From the NCBI GenBank assembly GCA_048571215.1, contig CP182352.1, positions 768,001 to 832,000 on the forward strand: a DNA stretch of 64,000 nucleotides. The letters are read 5' to 3'. The position numbers and the translations under genes were made by a program. The notes beneath the pieces are model-generated. The model was not told the DNA's origin, did no database searches, and saw only the letters and a list, made by a program, of their open reading frames with translations. Of the stretch, positions 1-8,943 are shown one piece after another. The first letter of the stretch is position 1. Each line of letters opens with the position of its first letter. Origin of the DNA: Halarcobacter sp. GTDB taxonomy: Bacteria; Campylobacterota; Campylobacteria; Campylobacterales; Arcobacteraceae.

Positions 1-106
1 GAATTAAACTTTAAAAAAGAATGAATCATCACAATACTACCAGTGATAAAGTTGTCACTAGTAACTGTCACAAGAGAAAGTGGATTCAAATTATTTTTGT
101 TTTATT

Positions 107-280
107 TTAAGAATAATCTGCTATTCCATCAGATTGGCGGCTATTATTTGCATATGTTACAGTTTTTGTTATATCTGAAATTGTACCAAGTGATTTGAAC
201 TCAGGTGAATGATATTCTTTTAATAGACTTTTATCATTTTGTTCTTTTTTTGCTTCTGTTATATTTTTATTATCTTTCAT
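107..280 (-). CDS. Lasso peptide precursor, 57 aa (MKDNKNITEAKKEQNDKSLLKEYHSPEFKSLGTISDITKTVTYANNSRQSDGIADYS); not in ORF track
   Basis: Translated by hand. ATG overlaps the PqqD TGA (ATGA), AAGGA upstream. Leader YHSPEFKSLGTISDIT fits YxxPxLxxxGxxxxxT; adjacent RRE and cyclase genes. Confidence 0.85.
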   Translation of the reverse strand: MKDNKNITEAKKEQNDKSLLKEYHSPEFKSLGTISDITKTVTYANNSRQSDGIADYS

Positions 281-552
281 TTTATATCCTTTTTAAGTAA
301 TAAGTTTTTATCATTTAATCTATTTATTAGATTATTAATATCTTCATCTAGTCTTTTTTCTGAAGTATCATAAACCATTAAGAGTTCTTGGATCACTTCT
401 TCTTGATTTAATCCTTTTTGAAAGAGTTCAATAATCTCAGAACCAACTTTATCTAAAGAAAAATACTCTTCTGTTTGAAGATCTAACAAAATTGTGTCTT
501 CGTTTAGTTTTTGTATTATTACATCTTCTTTAAAGCTAAGAATTTCTGACAT
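277..552 (-). CDS. PqqD-family RiPP recognition element (lasso B1)
   Basis: 91 aa; LLDLQTEEYFSLDKVGSEI and L..Y......L..D pattern typical of stand-alone RREs. Confidence 0.9.
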   Translation of the reverse strand: MSEILSFKEDVIIQKLNEDTILLDLQTEEYFSLDKVGSEIIELFQKGLNQEEVIQELLMVYDTSEKRLDEDINNLINRLNDKNLLLKKDIK

Positions 553-648
553 AAAATCCCCTTTTTCTAATAATACTTTTATTTATTTTAAAATTATATT
601 AAATGATATTATATTATAATATATTATTCTAAATATTATGGAAAAAAT

Positions 649-2493
649 ATGAATTCAATTTTTGGAATCTTTACTACTAACTCCAATCTTATAAGAGAAA
701 ATACAAATGGTAAATTTCATAATAATTTTAAATATTCCATTGAGACATATTTAGATGAAAATATCCTATTAAAAAAAACTTTTCGTAATAAAAAATATAC
801 TCAAAAATTAATAGAAAAAAATAATATTATCTTAATAGGCAAAATAAGGGTTTATAATAAAAATGAATTAATTAATCAATTTAATTTAAAAAATCAAGAC
901 TCTTCATCTAATGAATTATTTCTAATAACCCTATATTTAAAACTTGGAAAAGATTTTATAAAGTATCTTAAAGGGCATTGGAGTGTTGCTTTATGGGATA
1001 AAAGTAAAAGAGAATTGTTTTTATCAAGAGATGATTCAATACAAACAAATCTTTATTATTATTGGGATAAAAACTTATTTATTTTTTCAAGTAATCTAAG
1101 AGCTATTTTAGATATTAAGTATATAAATAAAGAATTAAATAAACAGGCGATATATTCTTATAGTGGAATTCCAAATGATAATCAAACTTTATATAAAAAT
1201 ATTTTTGAATTAACTTCATCATCTTTTATTCAAATTGGTTTAAATCAAACTATGAAAATCTCAAATTATGAGTCTTTTAATAAAATAAAAAAAATTGAAT
1301 ATGACACAACTGAACAATATATAAATAAATTTATTAAAGTTTATAACTTTGCAATTGAAAATTGTATTAAAAATTATGATAATATAGCTTCCACCTTAAG
1401 TTCTGGTTTGGATTCAGGTTCAATCACAACATTGGCTTCAAAAATACTTGAAGAGAAACAAAAAAAACTTTACAGTTATAGTTTTGTATCAACTTATGAA
1501 ACAGAAAGTATAAGTAAAAATAGATTTTCTGATGAAACTCAAGGGATAAAAAAAATACTAGCTACTTTAAATAATGTTGAATCAAAAATTTTAAAAAATA
1601 CTAATCTTTCATATGTTGATGCTTTTAATTTAAATTTAGATCTATTAGGACAACCTTTAGGAACTGCTAATATAGATAATTGTCTTAATATGGTATCAGA
1701 ATCAAAAAATGATAACATGGATATTTTGTTGATAGGGCAAAATGGAAATTTCACTATATCTTATCAAGGAGATTATGGATATTATTTAAATAGTTTGTTA
1801 AAAGGTTTTAAGTTTTCTGAGTATTTCAATAATCTTTTTAAAGAAGATAAATATTTAAAGAATTTATATTTACAAATTTCTAATTTAAATTTTATACATC
1901 ATTTAATACATAAAAAACATAAGAAAAAAATTGATAAAACAAGCTTTATAAATAAAAATTATCTTAATTTGAATAAAGTAAGTTCCAATAACCCTGAAAA
2001 AGAGTTTTTAGTTAGGTTAACCATTTTTAAACACCATAAACACTTAATAAAAAATAAATATAAATGGAATGAGTGGGGAGAACTTTTAGGAATTGAAATA
2101 CAAGACCCTACAACCAATATAGACTTAGTAAATTTTTGTTATGGCATACCTGAAAATCAATATATAGACAAATACAATGAAAAACTTTTGATTAAAAATG
2201 CAATGAAAGATTTAATGCCAAAAGAGATTTTATGGGCAAAAAAAAGGGGACAACAATCAGCTGATTTAATTGAAAAATTTAAACAACAAGAGGAACAAAT
2301 AGGGGATAATTTATCTATGATATTTAACTCAACTTTATGTAAAGAGTATCTTGATATTAATGGTTTAGAAAATACTTTTTTAAATTTAAATACTTCTTTA
2401 GATAGGAAAAAACTTTTTGAAAACTGCTATCAATTATTACGTGCATTACATTATGGAATGTTTTTATTAAGACTTGAAAGGAATTGTGTTTGA
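649..2493 (+). CDS. Asparagine synthetase-like lasso cyclase (C protein)
   Basis: LSSGLDS ATP-binding motif, LIGQNGN; N-terminus MNSIFG lacks the catalytic Cys of AsnB. Confidence 0.8.
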   Translation: MNSIFGIFTTNSNLIRENTNGKFHNNFKYSIETYLDENILLKKTFRNKKYTQKLIEKNNIILIGKIRVYNKNELINQFNLKNQDSSSNELFLITLYLKLGKDFIKYLKGHWSVALWDKSKRELFLSRDDSIQTNLYYYWDKNLFIFSSNLRAILDIKYINKELNKQAIYSYSGIPNDNQTLYKNIFELTSSSFIQIGLNQTMKISNYESFNKIKKIEYDTTEQYINKFIKVYNFAIENCIKNYDNIASTLSSGLDSGSITTLASKILEEKQKKLYSYSFVSTYETESISKNRFSDETQGIKKILATLNNVESKILKNTNLSYVDAFNLNLDLLGQPLGTANIDNCLNMVSESKNDNMDILLIGQNGNFTISYQGDYGYYLNSLLKGFKFSEYFNNLFKEDKYLKNLYLQISNLNFIHHLIHKKHKKKIDKTSFINKNYLNLNKVSSNNPEKEFLVRLTIFKHHKHLIKNKYKWNEWGELLGIEIQDPTTNIDLVNFCYGIPENQYIDKYNEKLLIKNAMKDLMPKEILWAKKRGQQSADLIEKFKQQEEQIGDNLSMIFNSTLCKEYLDINGLENTFLNLNTSLDRKKLFENCYQLLRALHYGMFLLRLERNCV

Positions 2494-3380
2494 ATTATTA
2501 TTATGCTTATAATTTTGTTTTTAAATCAGAACTAGAAATACCAGAGTTAGAAGTTTGTGAAAATAAAGATTATGATGTAGAGATTAGGTTTGACTCAATT
2601 AATTATGATTTTGATAAATTTAAGAAAAATAGAATATGGAAAACAAAAGATAATTATTTTGTATTAAAAGTTAAAAATATAGGTATATTTTTAGTAAAAG
2701 ATGCAAATACAATTATTATAGATTGTTTTGAAAATACAAAAGAAGAAGATTTACGCTTTGTGTTATTGGGTTCTGTTTTTGCTGCTTTATTACAGCAAAA
2801 AAAACTTTTAACTTTGCATGCTGGGTGTGTTAAAGTAGATAACAATAATTGTATTTTATTTATAGGACCATCAGGTTATGGTAAATCAACTTTGACAACT
2901 GCATTTTCTAATTTAGACTATGAAATTCTTTCTGATGATGTTGTAGCTTTAGATATAAAAGAGAAACAAATCAGTATTCCACCTTCATTTCCTAAGCTAA
3001 GACTATGGAAAGATTCTGCAAAACAATTAAAGTTAAACTATGAAAGTTTTTCTACGTCAAGAGTTGGTTTAAAAAAGTATATGATTCCAATTCCTAGATT
3101 TTGTAAAACAAAACTAAATTTAAAAAAAATATATCTTTTAAATGTATATAATAAAGATGAAATTATCTTAGAAGAGTTAAACGGTGCACAAAAAATAAAA
3201 GCTTTGATTGACAATACTTATCGTATTAAATTTTTATCTGGAATGAAACTTATAAAGAATCATAATACTCAGATTTTAAAAGTATGTTCACAAATTGATA
3301 TTGTAAAAATTACTAGACCTTTAAATGTTTTTTTAATTGATGAATTGATTGAAAAGATACAAAAAGATTTATTAAAATGA
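2484..3380 (+). CDS. HPr kinase-like RiPP kinase
   Basis: LHAGCV, P-loop GPSGYGKST, LSDD; overlaps cyclase; start uncertain. Confidence 0.8.
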   Translation: MCLNYYYAYNFVFKSELEIPELEVCENKDYDVEIRFDSINYDFDKFKKNRIWKTKDNYFVLKVKNIGIFLVKDANTIIIDCFENTKEEDLRFVLLGSVFAALLQQKKLLTLHAGCVKVDNNNCILFIGPSGYGKSTLTTAFSNLDYEILSDDVVALDIKEKQISIPPSFPKLRLWKDSAKQLKLNYESFSTSRVGLKKYMIPIPRFCKTKLNLKKIYLLNVYNKDEIILEELNGAQKIKALIDNTYRIKFLSGMKLIKNHNTQILKVCSQIDIVKITRPLNVFLIDELIEKIQKDLLK

Positions 3381-4204
3381 AAAAGATTTATTGGTTGGCC
3401 TCTTACCCTAAGTCTGGAAATACTTGGTTAAGAGCACTATTAACATCTTATTTTAGCAATGCTGACTTTAATATAAATCAATTGTTGGGAAATAATTTTA
3501 TATCAAGAAATGAATTTGATGATTGGCTTGGTTTAGAATCATCTGATTTAAAAGAGAGTGAAATTACTATGTATCGGCATTATTACTATTTGGATATTGC
3601 TGCAAATCTAGATAAAATAATATTTATAAAAGTTCATGATTTAAACAGATTAACAATAGAAAATAAAGAGTTATTTCCAAACACAATAACAAAAGGAACT
3701 ATCTATCTAGTTAGAAACCCTTTAGATATTGCAGTATCTTATGCACATCACGAAAATTGTAGTTTAGATGAGATTATAAAAAAGATGAATGATACTAATG
3801 CTTTTCTATTGCCCTATACTGAAAAGTTAAAATTATCATTGCCCCAAAAATTATCATCTTGGAATGAACATGTAAAAAATTGGAAAGAAAAAGATAATAT
3901 TAAAATTGTTAGATATGAAGATATGGTTTTAGATACAAAAAATGTTTTTATGGGGATTCTTACATTTATGGGGTTTGAAATTGATGAAAAGAAGATAGAT
4001 AAGGCAGTAGATTTATCAAGTTTTGAGCATCTTAAAAAACAAGAACAAAATTATGGTTTTGTAGAACGATCTGCAGAAGCTAGTTCTTTTTTTAGATCAG
4101 GAAAAATTGGTGAAGGAAGAAAAATCTTAACTAAACAACAAATAAAAAAGATTATTGATAAAAACTATGAAATGGTAGAATATTTTGGGTATTTAAAAGG
4201 TTAA
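3377..4204 (+). CDS. PAPS-dependent sulfotransferase
   Basis: 5'-PSB ASYPKSGNTW, 3'-PB RNPLDIAVS, C-terminal FFRSGKIG. Confidence 0.92.
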   Translation: MKKIYWLASYPKSGNTWLRALLTSYFSNADFNINQLLGNNFISRNEFDDWLGLESSDLKESEITMYRHYYYLDIAANLDKIIFIKVHDLNRLTIENKELFPNTITKGTIYLVRNPLDIAVSYAHHENCSLDEIIKKMNDTNAFLLPYTEKLKLSLPQKLSSWNEHVKNWKEKDNIKIVRYEDMVLDTKNVFMGILTFMGFEIDEKKIDKAVDLSSFEHLKKQEQNYGFVERSAEASSFFRSGKIGEGRKILTKQQIKKIIDKNYEMVEYFGYLKG

Positions 4205-4206
4205 TA

Positions 4207-5025
4207 TTGGATAATAAAATTGATAAAATAGAATTTGTTAAGCAGCTTAAAAAAAGTGAATCAAAATTTTTTGTTTCTAGTAGGTTTTTAGATGAAGATA
4301 TGGATTTAGATATTTATTTGAAGTTTTTTTATCCATATTTAAGGTTAGAGCAAATAGAGTCAATATATGGGTTTGCATTACAATTAAGTAGTTTATATGG
4401 GGGACGTTCATATAAAAAAGGAACTTTAGCAACAAAGAAACATTTAAATCAATTAAAAAAGTTGAATATAAATTTTTCATTAACTTTAACTAATCATTAC
4501 TTTAGTGATGAAGCTTTTGAAGAAAGTTTTGAGTTGTTAGAGTATTTACATAAACATGGAAATTCAATTACTGTTACAAATAATAAACTTGTAAAAAAGA
4601 TTAAAGAGTTTTTTCCTTTATTTACTTATAAAGCAAGTTTGATTAAACATCTTGATAGTTTAGAAAAAGTTAATAATGCTTTGAAAATATATGATTATAT
4701 AGTGGTTCCAATGGATAAAAATGATGATGATATTTTTTTAAATTCATTGCCATATAAAGAGAGAATAATTCTTTTTATAAATGCAAATTGTGCTTATAAT
4801 TGTCCTTCAAGAATTTGCTATACTTCAATTAGTAAAAGTTTATCAAATAGACAAGATAGTTCAAATTTTGATTGTTCTATTTATAATATTCCACGCAAAA
4901 ATTTGGGACATATATTTTTCAATCTTAAAAAGTTTGAGAATATGGGATTCTCAAACTTTAAATTAGTTCCTCAATATAGTGAAAAGCTTATTGGTATGGT
5001 AAGAAATTTTTCAAAAAAGAATTAA
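4207..5025 (+). CDS. Hypothetical protein, U32-like barrel with Cys motif (possible Fe-S enzyme)
   Basis: YGGR, LTLTN, YDYIVV, NANCAYNCPSRIC, GFSNFKL; 2 nt after sulfotransferase stop. Confidence 0.5.
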   Translation: MDNKIDKIEFVKQLKKSESKFFVSSRFLDEDMDLDIYLKFFYPYLRLEQIESIYGFALQLSSLYGGRSYKKGTLATKKHLNQLKKLNINFSLTLTNHYFSDEAFEESFELLEYLHKHGNSITVTNNKLVKKIKEFFPLFTYKASLIKHLDSLEKVNNALKIYDYIVVPMDKNDDDIFLNSLPYKERIILFINANCAYNCPSRICYTSISKSLSNRQDSSNFDCSIYNIPRKNLGHIFFNLKKFENMGFSNFKLVPQYSEKLIGMVRNFSKKN

Positions 5026-6044
5026 ATCTTATCTGAAAGATTGATATTTATCCCTTGTTTTAAAAGTTCATCTTGTCTTGGACTTAAATAGTCTAAATAT
5101 GTATTATATTTTTTATAATATTTTCCACTTACATATCTAATCATCTCTTTGAAGTGAAAACTGAATAAAAGTGCATCTATTCTTGCTCTTTCTTTTCCTT
5201 CATCAAATAATAAAATTCCAGGTCTATAGTCAAGTTTTATCTCTTTTGCCCAGTCATATGGAGTTGTTGTTTTTCCATCTGGTGTAGTTATTTTCTCTTT
5301 TGACATAGCATCAAATCTCACTACAGTAACTTTTGATAACTCATCTTGCACATCTTTATTTTTTAGTGTTACATTGTGTAAATAATTACATTGGGTACAA
5401 CTACCATCTTCAAATATAACAGCTAGAGGTCCTTTTATTTTAGAAAGGTCTTTTATATCTTTGAACATTTTATTTGGTTTTAGCGTATAAAGTGTTTTAT
5501 TTTTAACCTTATCTAGATATTCACTTAAATCCATATTTTTATACTCTTCATTTTTTACAAAATCAAGTACAAGTTTGAAGGTTTCTTGTGATCTATAACC
5601 ATTTAGTCTTACTACTACTTCATTTTTTTGGTTTAGGAAGATAATAGTTGGGGTATATTGTACCTTTAGAAAATCGGCATACTCTTTTTCGGTCATTGTT
5701 TTATCTTCATTAACAACAATCTCCCTTGAACCTTTTATATTGATACCAATTACATCAAAGTTATCTTCAATATATTTTTGGTTTTTTGCGCCAACTACAA
5801 AATTATCATTTAACATTTTTGTACAATAGGGACAAAAATCTAAAGACATAAACAACATTACATGTTTGTTAGAGTCTTTTGCTTCTTCTACATCTTCTGC
5901 CAAATCAAGAAAACTCTGCTTGAACCAAGCTGGCATCTCATGTGCCGAACCACCTGTAACTTTCCCCGTTTGGGCTTGAGCATTTGTTATAAAAAGCATA
6001 AGTGTAAAAATGCTTACAAATATTGATACAATCTTTTTTGACAT
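5022..6044 (-). CDS. Periplasmic two-domain thioredoxin, SoxW-like
   Basis: Signal peptide; CPYC and CTQC motifs; YTPT cis-Pro loop. Confidence 0.8.
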   Translation of the reverse strand: MSKKIVSIFVSIFTLMLFITNAQAQTGKVTGGSAHEMPAWFKQSFLDLAEDVEEAKDSNKHVMLFMSLDFCPYCTKMLNDNFVVGAKNQKYIEDNFDVIGINIKGSREIVVNEDKTMTEKEYADFLKVQYTPTIIFLNQKNEVVVRLNGYRSQETFKLVLDFVKNEEYKNMDLSEYLDKVKNKTLYTLKPNKMFKDIKDLSKIKGPLAVIFEDGSCTQCNYLHNVTLKNKDVQDELSKVTVVRFDAMSKEKITTPDGKTTTPYDWAKEIKLDYRPGILLFDEGKERARIDALLFSFHFKEMIRYVSGKYYKKYNTYLDYLSPRQDELLKQGININLSDKI

Positions 6045-6304
6045 AAGTTTCCTTTATAAAGTTAATTTATAATTTGTATCTAAATATTCATAAGTTTTTA
6101 TTAAAATAAATAAGAATATATATAATTATAAGTTTTTATAAAGAATAAAATAGTAAAAAAAATTTTACTTTTTAATTAATATTTAAGAATAAAATAATTA
6201 AAATATTAAAATCCAAAATTAAGTAAATTCCAAGGTTTGGAATGACAGTTATACATTTACTTGTCTTATTCTGCTTAAAAGGAAAACTATTATTTAAGGT
6301 TTTC

Positions 6305-6856
6305 ATGCATCGAAGCAAAAAAATTTTAATTTTAACTCACTGTATTTTGAATGTTAATGCAAAAGTTTATGGATTGGCTAACTATGAAGGCACTTTTAAT
6401 AAGTTAGTAGAACCTATAATTAATGGTGGATTTGGTTTATTGCAACTTCCTTGTCCTGAAATGATTACTTGTGGGGCTAGACGCTGGGGACAAGTTAAAG
6501 ATCAATATGAAACTACTTTTTTTAAACAAGAATACAAAAAAATCTTAATGCCTATAATTAATCAATTACTTGATTACAAAAATAATAACTACACTATTAG
6601 TGGTGTAATAGGTATTGATGGTAGCCCATCATGTGGTGTAAATAAAACATGTAGAGGTGATTGGGGTGGAGAAATTGATAACTCTTTTAATTTAGAGGAA
6701 AAACTAAATTCATTAAAAGAGGTTAGTGAACCTGGAGTATTTATGGAAGTATTTATTTCACTTTTAGAAGAAAATAATTTAGAATTGCCATTTTTTGCTT
6801 TAGATGAAGAAAATCCAGCTGCTTCAGTGCAGTATATATTAAAGGAACTTATATGA
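6305..6856 (+). CDS. TudS/DUF523-related putative desulfidase
   Basis: HCILN, QLPCPE, GSPSCGV, GVFME; start reassigned to ATG 6305 (AAGG upstream). Confidence 0.75.
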   Translation: MHRSKKILILTHCILNVNAKVYGLANYEGTFNKLVEPIINGGFGLLQLPCPEMITCGARRWGQVKDQYETTFFKQEYKKILMPIINQLLDYKNNNYTISGVIGIDGSPSCGVNKTCRGDWGGEIDNSFNLEEKLNSLKEVSEPGVFMEVFISLLEENNLELPFFALDEENPAASVQYILKELI

Positions 6857-7578
6857 AAAAATTATTAACAGGTTTGTTATTAATGCTTGGGATTTTGGCT
6901 AATGCACAAGATGATACACTTACTGTTGGTTTGTGTGCTGCTTATCCACCATTTGAGTCAAGAGATGCAAAAAGTGGAGAGATTGTTGGTTTTGATGTTG
7001 ATTTAGCAAAAGAGATAGGTAAAATAATTGGTAAAAAAATTGTTATAAAAGATGCTGAGTGGCAAGCTTTGCTTGGGGGATTGAAAAACAATAATTATAA
7101 TATGATTATAAGTGCAATGAGTCGTCAAGAAGCAGGGGCAAACAATGTTAATTTATCTAATACATATTATCTTTTAAGTGATGTACTTGTTGTAAAAAAA
7201 GATAATAAAGAGATTAAATCTACAAAGGACTTAGTAGACAAAAGAGTTGGTGTTCAATTAGGAAGTGGTAGTGAACAGGTTGTTGATAAGTTAAAAGGAC
7301 TTAAAAAAGTTGCAAGGTATAACTATAACCCTGAGGCATTTTTAGATTTGAAACACAATCGTATTGATGCTGTTGTTGTTGGTTATGCTTATGCATTAAA
7401 TCAAAAAAACTTTAATACAGAATATAAAGTTGTAGGAAAACTTGCACCTTCTGATTTGGTTGTTGTTATGAAAAAAGGTAAAGATAATTTAACTAAACAG
7501 GTAAATAAAGCTTTAGAAACTTTAAAACAAAATGGTACTTATGATAGATTAGTTGAAAAATGGTTGGCAGTCAAATAA
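6853..7578 (+). CDS. Polar amino acid ABC transporter substrate-binding protein
   Basis: Signal peptide, YPPFE, GFDVDL, C-terminal GTYDRLVEKW. Confidence 0.92.
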   Translation: MKKLLTGLLLMLGILANAQDDTLTVGLCAAYPPFESRDAKSGEIVGFDVDLAKEIGKIIGKKIVIKDAEWQALLGGLKNNNYNMIISAMSRQEAGANNVNLSNTYYLLSDVLVVKKDNKEIKSTKDLVDKRVGVQLGSGSEQVVDKLKGLKKVARYNYNPEAFLDLKHNRIDAVVVGYAYALNQKNFNTEYKVVGKLAPSDLVVVMKKGKDNLTKQVNKALETLKQNGTYDRLVEKWLAVK

Positions 7579-8229
7579 GTGAATTTTACTGCTGTTTTTG
7601 ATAATCTTGGATTTTTATTAGAGGCTTCATACCTTACTATATATTTATCTTTTATCTCTTTTCTTATTGCTCTTTTTTTAGGGCTTATTATAGGCACAAT
7701 AAGGAGTTTTAAAACCAATTGGTTTTTAAGCTCACTTATTACTTGTTATATAGAAATTTTTAGGGGTACACCTTTATTAATTCAACTTTTTTTTATCTAT
7801 TATGGATTACCACAAATCGGAATAGCAATGTCAAGTCATCAAGCGGCAATAATTGGTCTATCTTTAAATTTTGCAGCATACATTGCAGAGATAGTTAGAT
7901 CAGGTATTCAAGCTATTGATAAGGGACAATATGAAGCAGCAGAATCATTAGGATTGAGTAAGCTTCAAATGCTTATATTTATAATATATCCCCAAGCATT
8001 AAGGATAGTTTTACCCTCTATTACAAATACCTATGCTTCAATTTTAAAAGATAGTTCTTTAGTATCAGTTCTATCAATTACTGAACTTACAAGGGCAGGA
8101 CAATTAATATATGTAAGAACCTATGAACCCTTTGAAATTTATTTAACTTTAGGAGTTTTTTATTTTATAATGACTTATGTCGTTGCACTTCTTTCAAGAT
8201 ATATTGAAAAAAGAATCCAATTTTTTTAA
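7579..8229 (+). CDS. Polar amino acid ABC permease (HisM/GlnP-type)
   Basis: RGTPLLIQL and EAA loop GQYEAAESLG. Confidence 0.93.
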   Translation: MNFTAVFDNLGFLLEASYLTIYLSFISFLIALFLGLIIGTIRSFKTNWFLSSLITCYIEIFRGTPLLIQLFFIYYGLPQIGIAMSSHQAAIIGLSLNFAAYIAEIVRSGIQAIDKGQYEAAESLGLSKLQMLIFIIYPQALRIVLPSITNTYASILKDSSLVSVLSITELTRAGQLIYVRTYEPFEIYLTLGVFYFIMTYVVALLSRYIEKRIQFF

Positions 8230-8342
8230 ATCTAAATATTTTTTATTTCTTTACAATACTAAGTAAAAAAAAAATTTAGTTTTATATATGGCATTAATCT
8301 GCTATATTTACAATGTTAAAATAGATTTTAAAAGGATGAGAG

Positions 8343-8891
8343 ATGTTATATAAGATTTTATTGATTTTTTCACTTATCTTAACTTCATCATTTGCAAAGG
8401 AGAATAGTGTGAGTATTTATGATTTTAAAGTTAAAAATATAGATGGACAAGAGATCTCTTTGGAAAAGTATAAAGGTAAGGTACTTTTAATTGTAAATGT
8501 TGCAAGCAAATGTGGTTTTACCCCTCAATATGAGGGTTTAGAAAAGCTTTATAAAAAGTATAAAGATAAAGAGTTTATGATATTAGGTTTCCCTTCAAAT
8601 CAGTTTTCAAATCAAGAACCAGGTACAAACAAAGAGATAAAACAGTTTTGTAGTTTAACTTATGGAGTTGACTTTGATATGTTTGCAAAGGTTGATGTAA
8701 ATGGTGAAAATGAGATACCACTTTATACTTATTTAAAAAAAGAGGCAAGTGGTGTATTGGGAACTGAAAGTATTAAATGGAATTTTACTAAGTTTTTAGT
8801 TGATAAAAATGGTAAGGTGATAGATAGATTTGGTTCAATTACAGAGCCAAAAGATATAGAACCAAAGATAGTTGAGCTTTTAGAGCTTTAA
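8343..8891 (+). CDS. Glutathione peroxidase family protein (Cys type) with signal peptide
   Basis: NVASKCGFT, GFPSNQF, KWNFTKF. Confidence 0.95.
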   Translation: MLYKILLIFSLILTSSFAKENSVSIYDFKVKNIDGQEISLEKYKGKVLLIVNVASKCGFTPQYEGLEKLYKKYKDKEFMILGFPSNQFSNQEPGTNKEIKQFCSLTYGVDFDMFAKVDVNGENEIPLYTYLKKEASGVLGTESIKWNFTKFLVDKNGKVIDRFGSITEPKDIEPKIVELLEL

Positions 8892-8943
8892 AGGATAGTT
8901 TATAGAAAGTTTTATAAATGTAATTGTTGAGTCATTAAAGATA

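Noticed and set aside
277..552. PQQ biosynthesis
   Set aside because: No pqqB/C/E or ExxxY precursor nearby
649..2493. Ordinary asparagine synthetase AsnB
   Set aside because: No N-terminal catalytic Cys, and RRE/precursor context favours a lasso cyclase
8343..8891. Selenocysteine Gpx
   Set aside because: Active-site codon is TGT (Cys); no in-frame TGA
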